DNA from: Macrostomum lignano
Lineage: Eukaryota
DNA: 64,000 bases
NCBI GenBank assembly: GCA_002269645.1
Contig: NIVC01001166.1
Coordinates: 124,001-188,000 of the forward strand
Direction of reading: 5' to 3'
A program made the translations under genes and the position numbers. Positions 10,901 through 23,140 of this stretch are shown one piece after another; position 1 is the first letter of the stretch; every line of letters begins with the position of its first letter. The notes beneath the pieces are model-generated. The model was not told the origin of the DNA. It did no database searches and was given only the letters and a program-made list of their open reading frames with translations.

Positions 10901-13900
10901 GCGGCGCTGCAGCCAGATGCGACGCGAGTAGCGCTGCAGCGACTCGACTCGGAGCTGGGCGAGTACAGACGTCGCGTAGATGAGAGAGGCGCCCGGCCGC
11001 TTTAGCAGAGGACGAGAAAGAGGAAGCGCAGGGGATACCGGACGACGCAGCAGTAGTAGAACAACAGGCGCAGCCAGACAGGTCAATGAACGAGGAAGTG
11101 GCCAGACTCATGGCGGATCGACTGTCGCGGCTTAGAAGCATCGGAGGCCCGTTCGACAACTCGGTCGTGACCTCGGTCGAGCAGTCGCGAGCGGCGCTGC
11201 AGCCAGATGCGACGCGAGTAGCGCTGCAGCGACTCGACTCGGAGCTGGGCGAGTACAGACGTCGCGTAGATGAGAGAGGCGCCCCGGCCGCTTTAGCAGA
11301 GGACGAGAAAGAGGAAGCGCAGGGGATACCGGACGACGCAGCAGTAGTAGAACAACAGGCGCAGCCAGACAGGTCAATGAACGAGGAAGTGGCCAGACTC
11401 ATGGCGGATCGACTGTCGCGGCTTAGAAGCATCGGAGGCCCGTTCGACAACTCGGTCGTGACCTCGGTCGAGCAGTCGCGAGCGGCGCTGCAGCCAGATG
11501 CGACGCGAGTAGCGCTGCAGCGACTCGACTCGGAGCTGGGCGAGTACAGACGTCGCGTAGATGAGAGAGGCGCCCCGGCCGCTTTAGCAGAGGACGAGAA
11601 AGAGGAAGCGCAGGGGATACCGGACGACGCAGCAGTAGTAGAACAACAGGCGCAGCCAGACAGGTCAATGAACGAGGAAGTGGCCAGACTCATGGCGGAT
11701 CGACTGTCGCGGCTTAGAAGCATCGGAGGCCCGTTCGACAACTCGGTCGTGACCTCGGTCGAGCAGTCGCGAGCGGCGCTGCAGCCAGATGCGACGCGAG
11801 TAGCGCTGCAGCGACTCGACTCGGAGCTGGGCGAGTACAGACGTCGCGTAGATGAGAGAGGCGCCCCGGCCGCTTTAGCAGAGGACGAGAAAGAGGAAGC
11901 GCAGGGGATACCGGACGACGCAGCAGTAGTAGAACAACAGGCGCAGCCAGACAGGTCAATGAACGAGGAAGTGGCCAGACTCATGGCGGATCGACTGTCG
12001 CGGCTTAGAAGCATCGGAGGCCCGTTCGACAACTCGGTCGTGACCTCGGTCGAGCAGTCGCGAGCGGCGCTGCAGCCAGATGCGACGCGAGTAGCGCTGC
12101 AGCGACTCGACTCGGAGCTGGGCGAGTACAGACGTCGCGTAGATGAGAGAGGCGCCCCGGCCGCTTTAGCAGAGGACGAGAAAGAGGAAGCGCAGGGGAT
12201 ACCGGACGACGCAGCAGTAGTAGAACAACAGGCGCAGCCAGACAGGTCAATGAACGAGGAAGTGGCCAGACTCATGGCGGATCGACTGTCGCGGCTTAGA
12301 AGCATCGGAGGCCCGTTCGACAACTCGGTCGTGACCTCGGTCGAGCAGTCGCGAGCGGCGCTGCAGCCAGATGCGACGCGAGTAGCGCTGCAGCGACTCG
12401 ACTCGGAGCTGGGCGAGTACAGACGTCGCGTAGATGAGAGAGGCGCCCCGGCCGCTTTAGCAGAGGACGAGAAAGAGGAAGCGCAGGGGATACCGGACGA
12501 CGCAGCAGTAGTAGAACAACAGGCGCAGCCAGACAGGTCAATGAACGAGGAAGTGGCCAGACTCATGGCGGATCGACTGTCGCGGCTTAGAAGCATCGGA
12601 GGCCCGTTCGACAACTCGGTCGTGACCTCGGTCGAGCAGTCGCGAGCGGCGCTGCAGCCAGATGCGACGCGAGTAGCGCTGCAGCGACTCGACTCGGAGC
12701 TGGGCGAGTACAGACGTCGCGTAGATGAGAGAGGCGCCCCGGCCGCTTTAGCAGAGGACGAGAAAGAGGAAGCGCAGGGGATACCGGACGACGCAGCAGT
12801 AGTAGAACAACAGGCGCAGCCAGACAGGTCAATGAACGAGGAAGTGGCCAGACTCATGGCGGATCGACTGTCGCGGCTTAGAAGCATCGGAGGCCCGTTC
12901 GACAACTCGGTCGTGACCTCGGTCGAGCAGTCGCGAGCGGCGCTGCAGCCAGATGCGACGCGAGTAGCGCTGCAGCGACTCGACTCGGAGCTGGGCGAGT
13001 ACAGACGTCGCGTAGATGAGAGAGGCGCCCGGCCGCTTTAGCAGAGGACGAGAAAGAGGAAGCGCAGGGGATACCGGACGACGCAGCAGTAGTAGAACAA
13101 CAGGCGCAGCCAGACAGGTCAATGAACGAGGAAGTGGCCAGACTCATGGCGGATCGACTGTCGCGGCTTAGAAGCATCGGAGGCCCGTTCGACAACTCGG
13201 TCGTGACCTCGGTCGAGCAGTCGCGAGCGGCGCTGCAGCCAGATGCGACGCGAGTAGCGCTGCAGCGACTCGACTCGGAGCTGGGCGAGTACAGACGTCG
13301 CGTAGATGAGAGAGGCGCCCCGGCCGCTTTAGCAGAGGACGAGAAAGAGGAAGCGCAGGGGATACCGGACGACGCAGCAGTAGTAGAACAACAGGCGCAG
13401 CCAGACAGGTCAATGAACGAGGAAGTGGCCAGACTCATGGCGGATCGACTGTCGCGGCTTAGAAGCATCGGAGGCCCGTTCGACAACTCGGTCGTGACCT
13501 CGGTCGAGCAGTCGCGAGCGGCGCTGCAGCCAGATGCGACGCGAGTAGCGCTGCAGCGACTCGACTCGGAGCTGGGCGAGTACAGACGTCGCGTAGATGA
13601 GAGAGGCGCCCGGCCGCTTTAGCAGAGGACGAGAAAGAGGAAGCGCAGGGGATACCGGACGACGCAGCAGTAGTAGAACAACAGGCGCAGCCAGACAGGT
13701 CAATGAACGAGGAAGTGGCCAGACTCATGGCGGATCGACTGTCGCGGCTTAGAAGCATCGGAGGCCCGTTCGACAACTCGGTCGTGACCTCGGTCGAGCA
13801 GTCGCGAGCGGCGCTGCAGCCAGATGCGACGCGAGTAGCGCTGCAGCGACTCGACTCGGAGCTGGGCGAGTACAGACGTCGCGTAGATGAGAGAGGCGCC

Positions 13901-16900
13901 CCGGCCGCTTTAGCAGAGGACGAGAAAGAGGAAGCGCAGGGGATACCGGACGACGCAGCAGTAGTAGAACAACAGGCGCAGCCAGACAGGTCAATGAACG
14001 AGGAAGTGGCCAGACTCATGGCGGATCGACTGTCGCGGCTTAGAAGCATCGGAGGCCCGTTCGACAACTCGGTCGTGACCTCGGTCGAGCAGTCGCGAGC
14101 GGCGCTGCAGCCAGATGCGACGCGAGTAGCGCTGCAGCGACTCGACTCGGAGCTGGGCGAGTACAGACGTCGCGTAGATGAGAGAGGCGCCCGGCCGCTT
14201 TAGCAGAGGACGAGAAAGAGGAAGCGCAGGGGATACCGGACGACGCAGCAGTAGTAGAACAACAGGCGCAGCCAGACAGGTCAATGAACGAGGAAGTGGC
14301 CAGACTCATGGCGGATCGACTGTCGCGGCTTAGAAGCATCGGAGGCCCGTTCGACAACTCGGTCGTGACCTCGGTCGAGCAGTCGCGAGCGGCGCTGCAG
14401 CCAGATGCGACGCGAGTAGCGCTGCAGCGACTCGACTCGGAGCTGGGCGAGTACAGACGTCGCGTAGATGAGAGAGGCGCCCCGGCCGCTTTAGCAGAGG
14501 ACGAGAAAGAGGAAGCGCAGGGGATACCGGACGACGCAGCAGTAGTAGAACAACAGGCGCAGCCAGACAGGTCAATGAACGAGGAAGTGGCCAGACTCAT
14601 GGCGGATCGACTGTCGCGGCTTAGAAGCATCGGAGGCCCGTTCGACAACTCGGTCGTGACCTCGGTCGAGCAGTCGCGAGCGGCGCTGCAGCCAGATGCG
14701 ACGCGAGTAGCGCTGCAGCGACTCGACTCGGAGCTGGGCGAGTACAGACGTCGCGTAGATGAGAGAGGCGCCCGGCCGCTTTAGCAGAGGACGAGAAAGA
14801 GGAAGCGCAGGGGATACCGGACGACGCAGCAGTAGTAGAACAACAGGCGCAGCCAGACAGGTCAATGAACGAGGAAGTGGCCAGACTCATGGCGGATCGA
14901 CTGTCGCGGCTTAGAAGCATCGGAGGCCCGTTCGACAACTCGGTCGTGACCTCGGTCGAGCAGTCGCGAGCGGCGCTGCAGCCAGATGCGACGCGAGTAG
15001 CGCTGCAGCGACTCGACTCGGAGCTGGGCGAGTACAGACGTCGCGTAGATGAGAGAGGCGCCCCGGCCGCTTTAGCAGAGGACGAGAAAGAGGAAGCGCA
15101 GGGGATACCGGACGACGCAGCAGTAGTAGAACAACAGGCGCAGCCAGACAGGTCAATGAACGAGGAAGTGGCCAGACTCATGGCGGATCGACTGTCGCGG
15201 CTTAGAAGCATCGGAGGCCCGTTCGACAACTCGGTCGTGACCTCGGTCGAGCAGTCGCGAGCGGCGCTGCAGCCAGATGCGACGCGAGTAGCGCTGCAGC
15301 GACTCGACTCGGAGCTGGGCGAGTACAGACGTCGCGTAGATGAGAGAGGCGCCCGGCCGCTTTAGCAGAGGACGAGAAAGAGGAAGCGCAGGGGATACCG
15401 GACGACGCAGCAGTAGTAGAACAACAGGCGCAGCCAGACAGGTCAATGAACGAGGAAGTGGCCAGACTCATGGCGGATCGACTGTCGCGGCTTAGAAGCA
15501 TCGGAGGCCCGTTCGACAACTCGGTCGTGACCTCGGTCGAGCAGTCGCGAGCGGCGCTGCAGCCAGATGCGACGCGAGTAGCGCTGCAGCGACTCGACTC
15601 GGAGCTGGGCGAGTACAGACGTCGCGTAGATAGAGAGGCGCCCCGGCCGCTTTAGCAGAGGACGAGAAAGAGGAAGCGCAGGGGATACCGGACGACGCAG
15701 CAGTAGTAGAACAACAGGCGCAGCCAGACAGGTCAATGAACGAGGAAGTGGCCAGACTCATGGCGGATCGACTGTCGCGGCTTAGAAGCATCGGAGGCCC
15801 GTTCGACAACTCGGTCGTGACCTCGGTCGAGCAGTCGCGAGCGGCGCTGCAGCCAGATGCGACGCGAGTAGCGCTGCAGCGACTCGACTCGGAGCTGGGC
15901 GAGTACAGACGTCGCGTAGATAAGAGAGGCGCCCCGGCCGCTTTAGCAGAGGACGAGAAAGAGGAAGCGCAGGGGATACCGGACGACGCAGCAGTAGTAG
16001 AACAACAGGCGCAGCCAGACAGGTCAATGAACGAGGAAGTGGCCAGACTCATGGCGGATCGACTGTCGCGGCTTAGAAGCATCGGAGGCCCGTTCGACAA
16101 CTCGGTCGTGACCTCGGTCGAGCAGTCGCGAGCGGCGCTGCAGCCAGATGCGACGCGAGTAGCGCTGCAGCGACTCGACTCGGAGCTGGGCGAGTACAGA
16201 CGTCGCGTAGATGAGAGAGGCGCCCGGCCGCTTTAGCAGAGGACGAGAAAGAGGAAGCGCAGGGGATACCGGACGACGCAGCAGTAGTAGAACAACAGGC
16301 GCAGCCAGACAGGTCAATGAACGAGGAAGTGGCCAGACTCATGGCGGATCGACTGTCGCGGCTTAGAAGCATCGGAGGCCCGTTCGACAACTCGGTCGTG
16401 ACCTCGGTCGAGCAGTCGCGAGCGGCGCTGCAGCCAGATGCGACGCGAGTAGCGCTGCAGCGACTCGACTCGGAGCTGGGCGAGTACAGACGTCGCGTAG
16501 ATGAGAGAGGCGCCCCGGCCGCTTTAGCAGAGGACGAGAAAGAGGAAGCGCAGGGGATACCGGACGACGCAGCAGTAGTAGAACAACAGGCGCAGCCAGA
16601 CAGGTCAATGAACGAGGAAGTGGCCAGACTCATGGCGGATCGACTGTCGCGGCTTAGAAGCATCGGAGGCCCGTTCGACAACTCGGTCGTGACCTCGGTC
16701 GAGCAGTCGCGAGCGGCGCTGCAGCCAGATGCGACGCGAGTAGCGCTGCAGCGACTCGACTCGGAGCTGGGCGAGTACAGACGTCGCGTAGATGAGAGAG
16801 GCGCCCCGGCCGCTTTAGCAGAGGACGAGAAAGAGGAAGCGCAGGGGATACCGGACGACGCAGCAGTAGTAGAACAACAGGCGCAGCCAGACAGGTCAAT

Positions 16901-19900
16901 GAACGAGGAAGTGGCCAGACTCATGGCGGATCGACTGTCGCGGCTTAGAAGCATCGGAGGCCCGTTCGACAACTCGGTCGTGACCTCGGTCGAGCAGTCG
17001 CGAGCGGCGCTGCAGCCAGATGCGACGCGAGTAGCGCTGCAGCGACTCGACTCGGAGCTGGGCGAGTACAGACGTCGCGTAGATAAGAGAGGCGCCCGGC
17101 CGCTTTAGCAGAGGACGAGAAAGAGGAAGCGCAGGGGATACCGGACGACGCAGCAGTAGTAGAACAACAGGCGCAGCCAGACAGGTCAATGAACGAGGAA
17201 GTGGCCAGACTCATGGCGGATCGACTGTCGCGGCTTAGAAGCATCGGAGGCCCGTTCGACAACTCGGTCGTGACCTCGGTCGAGCAGTCGCGAGCGGCGC
17301 TGCAGCCAGATGCGACGCGAGTAGCGCTGCAGCGACTCGACTCGGAGCTGGGCGAGTACAGACGTCGCGTAGATAGAGAGGCGCCCCGGCCGCTTTAGCA
17401 GAGGACGAGAAAGAGGAAGCGCAGGGGATACCGGACGACGCAGCAGTAGTAGAACAACAGGCGCAGCCAGACAGGTCAATGAACGAGGAAGTGGCCAGAC
17501 TCATGGCGGATCGACTGTCGCGGCTTAGAAGCATCGGAGGCCCGTTCGACAACTCGGTCGTGACCTCGGTCGAGCAGTCGCGAGCGGCGCTGCAGCCAGA
17601 TGCGACGCGAGTAGCGCTGCAGCGACTCGACTCGGAGCTGGGCGAGTACAGACGTCGCGTAGATGAGAGAGGCGCCCCGGCCGCTTTAGCAGAGGACGAG
17701 AAAGAGGAAGCGCAGGGGATACCGGACGACGCAGCAGTAGTAGAACAACAGGCGCAGCCAGACAGGTCAATGAACGAGGAAGTGGCCAGACTCATGGCGG
17801 ATCGACTGTCGCGGCTTAGAAGCATCGGAGGCCCGTTCGACAACTCGGTCGTGACCTCGGTCGAGCAGTCGCGAGCGGCGCTGCAGCCAGATGCGACGCG
17901 AGTAGCGCTGCAGCGACTCGACTCGGAGCTGGGCGAGTACAGACGTCGCGTAGATGAGAGAGGCGCCCCGGCCGCTTTAGCAGAGGACGAGAAAGAGGAA
18001 GCGCAGGGGATACCGGACGACGCAGCAGTAGTAGAACAACAGGCGCAGCCAGACAGGTCAATGAACGAGGAAGTGGCCAGACTCATGGCGGATCGACTGT
18101 CGCGGCTTAGAAGCATCGGAGGCCCGTTCGACAACTCGGTCGTGACCTCGGTCGAGCAGTCGCGAGCGGCGCTGCAGCCAGATGCGACGCGAGTAGCGCT
18201 GCAGCGACTCGACTCGGAGCTGGGCGAGTACAGACGTCGCGTAGATGAGAGAGGCGCCCCGGCCGCTTTAGCAGAGGACGAGAAAGAGGAAGCGCAGGGA
18301 TACCGGACGACGCAGCAGTAGTAGAACAACAGGCGCAGCCAGACAGGTCAATGAACGAGGAAGTGGCCAGACTCATGGCGGATCGACTGTCGCGGCTTAG
18401 AAGCATCGGAGGCCCGTTCGACAACTCGGTCGTGACCTCGGTCGAGCAGTCGCGAGCGGCGCTGCAGCCAGATGCGACGCGAGTAGCGCTGCAGCGACTC
18501 GACTCGGAGCTGGGCGAGTACAGACGTCGCGTAGATAAGAGAGGCGCCCCGGCCGCTTTAGCAGAGGACGAGAAAGAGGAAGCGCAGGGGATACCGGACG
18601 ACGCAGCAGTAGTAGAACAACAGGCGCAGCCAGACAGGTCAATGAACGAGGAAGTGGCCAGACTCATGGCGGATCGACTGTCGCGGCTTAGAAGCATCGG
18701 AGGCCCGTTCGACAACTCGGTCGTGACCTCGGTCGAGCAGTCGCGAGCGGCGCTGCAGCCAGATGCGACGCGAGTAGCGCTGCAGCGACTCGACTCGGAG
18801 CTGGGCGAGTACAGACGTCGCGTAGATAGAGAGGCGCCCCGGCCGCTTTAGCAGAGGACGAGAAAGAGGAAGCGCAGGGGATACCGGACGACGCAGCAGT
18901 AGTAGAACAACAGGCGCAGCCAGACAGGTCAATGAACGAGGAAGTGGCCAGACTCATGGCGGATCGACTGTCGCGGCTTAGAAGCATCGGAGGCCCGTTC
19001 GACAACTCGGTCGTGACCTCGGTCGAGCAGTCGCGAGCGGCGCTGCAGCCAGATGCGACGCGAGTAGCGCTGCAGCGACTCGACTCGGAGCTGGGCGAGT
19101 ACAGACGTCGCGTAGATGAGAGAGGCGCCCCGGCCGCTTTAGCAGAGGACGAGAAAGAGGAAGCGCAGGGGATACCGGACGACGCAGCAGTAGTAGAACA
19201 ACAGGCGCAGCCAGACAGGTCAATGAACGAGGAAGTGGCCAGACTCATGGCGGATCGACTGTCGCGGCTTAGAAGCATCGGAGGCCCGTTCGACAACTCG
19301 GTCGTGACCTCGGTCGAGCAGTCGCGAGCGGCGCTGCAGCCAGATGCGACGCGAGTAGCGCTGCAGCGACTCGACTCGGAGCTGGGCGAGTACAGACGTC
19401 GCGTAGATGAGAGAGGCGCCCCGGCCGCTTTAGCAGAGGACGAGAAAGAGGAAGCGCAGGGGATACCGGACGACGCAGCAGTAGTAGAACAACAGGCGCA
19501 GCCAGACAGGTCAATGAACGAGGAAGTGGCCAGACTCATGGCGGATCGACTGTCGCGGCTTAGAAGCATCGGAGGCCCGTTCGACAACTCGGTCGTGACC
19601 TCGGTCGAGCAGTCGCGAGCGGCGCTGCAGCCAGATGCGACGCGAGTAGCGCTGCAGCGACTCGACTCGGAGCTGGGCGAGTACAGACGTCGCGTAGATG
19701 AGAGAGGCGCCCCGGCCGCTTTAGCAGAGGACGAGAAAGAGGAAGCGCAGGGATACCGGACGACGCAGCAGTAGTAGAACAACAGGCGCAGCCAGACAGG
19801 TCAATGAACGAGGAAGTGGCCAGACTCATGGCGGATCGACTGTCGCGGCTTAGAAGCATCGGAGGCCCGTTCGACAACTCGGTCGTGACCTCGGTCGAGC

Positions 19901-20460
19901 AGTCGCGAGCGGCGCTGCAGCCAGATGCGACGCGAGTAGCGCTGCAGCGACTCGACTCGGAGCTGGGCGAGTACAGACGTCGCGTAGATGAGACAGGCGC
20001 CGCTTCAGCTCTAGTAGAAGAGGAGGATATTGATTCGGAGCGGAAATCGGCGTCGACACTTTTTCCGGTCCCTTTGTCTAGTCCTCGGTATTCGCAGGGC
20101 ATTGCAAGTCCTAGTCCGGAGCTTATTGATGGTGTTTCGGCATTGTCTACTCTTGACGGATATTCAATGCCTTCATTTGGTATTGGTGCACCATCATTAT
20201 TGGTTTCGCCGTTGGAGGAGTTTGTTGAGCTAGATTCTAGGTCGATGCGGAACCTGCAGTCCGGTGACGCAGCCGACATGCTGGATTACTTGGCTGCTCA
20301 AGTTCGGCGTGCGGACGCAGCCGTTTTCCAGGTGCTATCTGATAGAAGCCGCTTGCTGTCGGCGGATGAGAACTGTCTACAAAATATTAACTCATCGTTT
20401 CAGGTCATTGAGAATCGGTTTGGTGACTCGAACATTACCAAGGCAAATTTGGAGCAATAG
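2767..20460 (+). CDS. Giant tandem-repeat protein (5'-partial, about 5,900 aa if frameshifts are repaired): array B, unique 380 aa, array A, unique ~155-aa C-terminus
   Basis: ORF 4494-9554 runs in frame from array B through the unique region into array A. ORF 19804-20460 runs in frame from the last A unit into a unique tail ending at TAG 20458-20460. The interruptions are one garbled deletion near 4466-4490 and 17 single-base deletions at three recurrent sites in the A unit. No introns are needed. Confidence 0.7.
9057..19993 (+). repeat. Coding tandem array A, about 38 units of 291 bp (97 aa)
   Basis: Unit MNEEVARLMADRLSRLRSIGGPFDNSVVTSVEQSRAALQPDATRVALQRLDSELGEYRRRVDERGAPAALAEDEKEEAQGIPDDAAVVEQQAQPDRS. 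The longest uninterrupted run is 11086-13041. Confidence 0.97.
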
Positions 20461-22028
20461 CTTTAATCGCGAAGCGCTCGAATCGAGCGTGTGCAGAGGT
20501 TGAACGTTACAGTACTTTTGTATATGAACATTGGAAATTTTAGGTAAAACATTCCTAACGACCGATATACGAGAGTATACTGTATAAGGACGACTCATTT
20601 TTAGTATAGTGGACATTCCTGGCAGGCCAATGCGAGATGCTTGTTTAGTGTAAAGTGCTGATAGCACTTTTTTGCTTCTAAGACCTACCAACAACGCTCA
20701 CAATACTTTGTTTCATGTGCGTGTGAGATGCTTTTTGTTTTATCTATTTTACGCTAGTAGATAAGTTTCTCACCTAGTGACGTGGCAGCTAATTTAATAA
20801 GCTCTTCTTTTTTCAACACTAATTCTGAGGTAGATAAAATTTATTGTAGTGCAAGATTAATATAAATATTTCCACGATAAAGCGAGCTAACAAACTGCTT
20901 CTTGTACAAGCTAGATTCTTTTGGATTCTTTAATTTCAACATTTAAAAGGCTGGATATTAAAAGCACTTGCTGAGAAGTTCCGTCACCACAGGAAATACG
21001 AGTACTGACGAGCTGGTAAAATCTACTTGATTCCAACATGCGACGAGGGAAGAGTAAACAGTTGATGATTATAAGAAAAGGTTGAGATTACGAGATTAGA
21101 AATTTAGATTGGATCATTACAATAGCAATCTGCGCCCCTCCCCCCCCCTGTTGGGGAGGCAACAAAGAAAGGAATTCAATTTTTTAATAAACTACATGCA
21201 GCTTTTGACCTTGTGCATTCACTAATGTTTATTTCTTAAATAAAATTATGTTTAAGGCAAGCAAGCATCAGCCCTGAAAGCTAGTTGTGAGCTCTGGCAT
21301 CAAAGCCTCACTTTTAGCCATGACTCTTAGCCAAACTCTCCCTTTTATTTACCTTTGGCTTGACCTACCAACAACTCCCAATTGACCCTTCTAGTCACAC
21401 AGTCACATGCAGAGCTACAGAATTGGGGCAGTGCAGTAGTTTACAGTAGTTTATGTCGTATACGTGCTCCAGAAGGTTTCGTGTTTAATGATAAAATTTT
21501 GCTCCTTTCCACGTGCTATTTTTAGAACTCCATGATCGTGGCATTCTAAGTCCTAAGTTCAAGTTTTCGTGTCTTTATCCCGGAAGAGTCAGCTCATGTC
21601 TATGGTCCGTGGCCATTTGTGCTCAACATATTACTAACATACACGGTGGGATTTTACAGAAGAGCATGCGTAAAAGTCCCCGGTTCGATGTTGTCAGGCT
21701 CTCAATGTCGTCGCCGAGGGACGAAGGCGCGAGATGCGCCAGCAACCACGATGCCAACAGAGCAGCCAGCAAGGACGCCACTAGGAATACTCAGTCAACC
21801 AGTTATTGATTTGTCGGCGACTTGCTCGCAGCTCTCTGACAGTGACAGGAGCTCGTCTTCAACAATAACGCCAAGTGAAAGCTCTGCTCTGCTGTCGGAT
21901 CCATCGCTGGACTGTCAGCTGACAATAGGACTGAGCTCGGTAAGCTCTTCTTCTGAGGTTTGAAGCACTTCGGGCCTGAGTTTGAAGCCAACAGTTTACC
22001 CATCAAATGCCAATGGTTGCTTTAATGG

Positions 22029-22900
22029 TTGGATTTGCGTTTGAGCTGTACGGATTTGTGTTTGAGCTGTACGGATTTGTGTTTGGGCTGTATGGATTTG
22101 TGTTTGAGCTGTACGGATTTGTGTTTGTGCTGTACAGATTTGAGTTTGAGCTGTACGGATTTGTGTTTGAGCTGTACGGATTTGTGTTTGAGCTGTACAG
22201 ATTTAAGTTCAAGCTACTTGAGAATTGAGCTAAAGCTACTCGTATTTGAGTTCAAGCTACTCGGATTTGAGTTCAAGCTACTCGGATTTGAGTTCAAGCT
22301 ACTCGGATTTGAGTTCAAGCTACTCGTATTTGAGATCAAGCTACTCGGGATTTGAGTTCAAGCAACTCAGGATTTGAGTTCAAGCTATTCGTATTTGAGT
22401 TCAAGCTACTCAGGATTTGAGTTCAAGCTACTCGTATTTGAGTTCAAGCTACTCGTATTTGAGTTCAAGCTACTCGTATTTGAGTTCAAGCTACTCGGAT
22501 TTGAGTTCAAGCTACTCGTATTTGAGTTCAAGCTACTCGGATTTGAGTTCAAGCTACTCGTATTTGAGTTCAAGCTACTCGTATTTGAGTTCAAGCTACT
22601 CGGGATTGAGTTCAAGCTACTCAGGATTTGAGTTCAAGCTACTCAGGATTTGAGTTCAAGCTACTCGGATTTGAGTTCAAGCTACTCGTATTTGAGTTCA
22701 AGCTACTCGGGATTGAGTTCAAGCTACTCAGGATTTGAGTTCAAGCTACTCAGGATTTGAGTTCAAGCTACTCGGATTTGAGTTCAAGCTACTCGGATTT
22801 GAGTTCAAGCTACTCAGGATTTGAGTTCAAGCTACTCGGATTTGAGTTCAAGCTACTCAGGATTTGAGTTCAAGCTACTCGGATTTGAGTTCAAGCTATA
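22029..22900. repeat. 21-bp minisatellite with two successive motifs (GAGCTGTACGGATTTGTGTTT, then GAGTTCAAGCTACTCGGATTT)
   Basis: Tandem units read directly from the sequence. Confidence 0.95.
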
Positions 22901-23140
22901 CTCAGGATTTGACTTTCAACTACAGGAAAATTGGGTGGATTAGTACACTTTGAACCTCTTTAAGCTCTGGTCGATGGCCGGTTTTTATGATTTACAGCTG
23001 TATAAAAAAGTGTTCTTCTCGAACAATTTCGCTAAGCTAAATTGAAAAAGTGAGTTCAGCAGCTGTTTGAATTTCAGACAACATCAAGATCGAACAGTCT
23101 CCAAGCTGAACAGCCAAAGTACAGTCGGCGCCAGAGGCGC

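Noticed and set aside
1-19993. CRISPR-like or prokaryotic repeat array
   Set aside because: Units are head-to-tail identical with no unique spacers, no cas genes are present, and the context is a spliced eukaryotic genome.
1-20279. Long antisense and alternative-frame ORFs over the coding arrays (e.g. 76-1620 +, 4451-7939 -, 10842-12905 -) and the many 81-97 aa unit ORFs
   Set aside because: They are shadows of a stop-poor GC-rich unit repeated in tandem. They are Ser/Ala/Cys-rich and do not connect to the unique regions. Only the MNEEV/MNAAL frame is conserved between arrays A and B.
20461-21130. Possible stop-codon reassignment (TAA/TAG = Gln) giving a TGA-free minus-strand frame with CERCW and CQEC motifs, or readthrough of the giant ORF
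   Set aside because: Stop density in these frames is about what AT-rich non-coding DNA gives. The 380-aa unique region encodes all its roughly 25 Gln with CAA/CAG and has no in-frame TAR, so the standard code applies.
21513-22006. Short ORFs at 21513-21809, 21619-21963 and 21803-22006
   Set aside because: No recognisable motif, no consistent splice partners and no clear coding bias.
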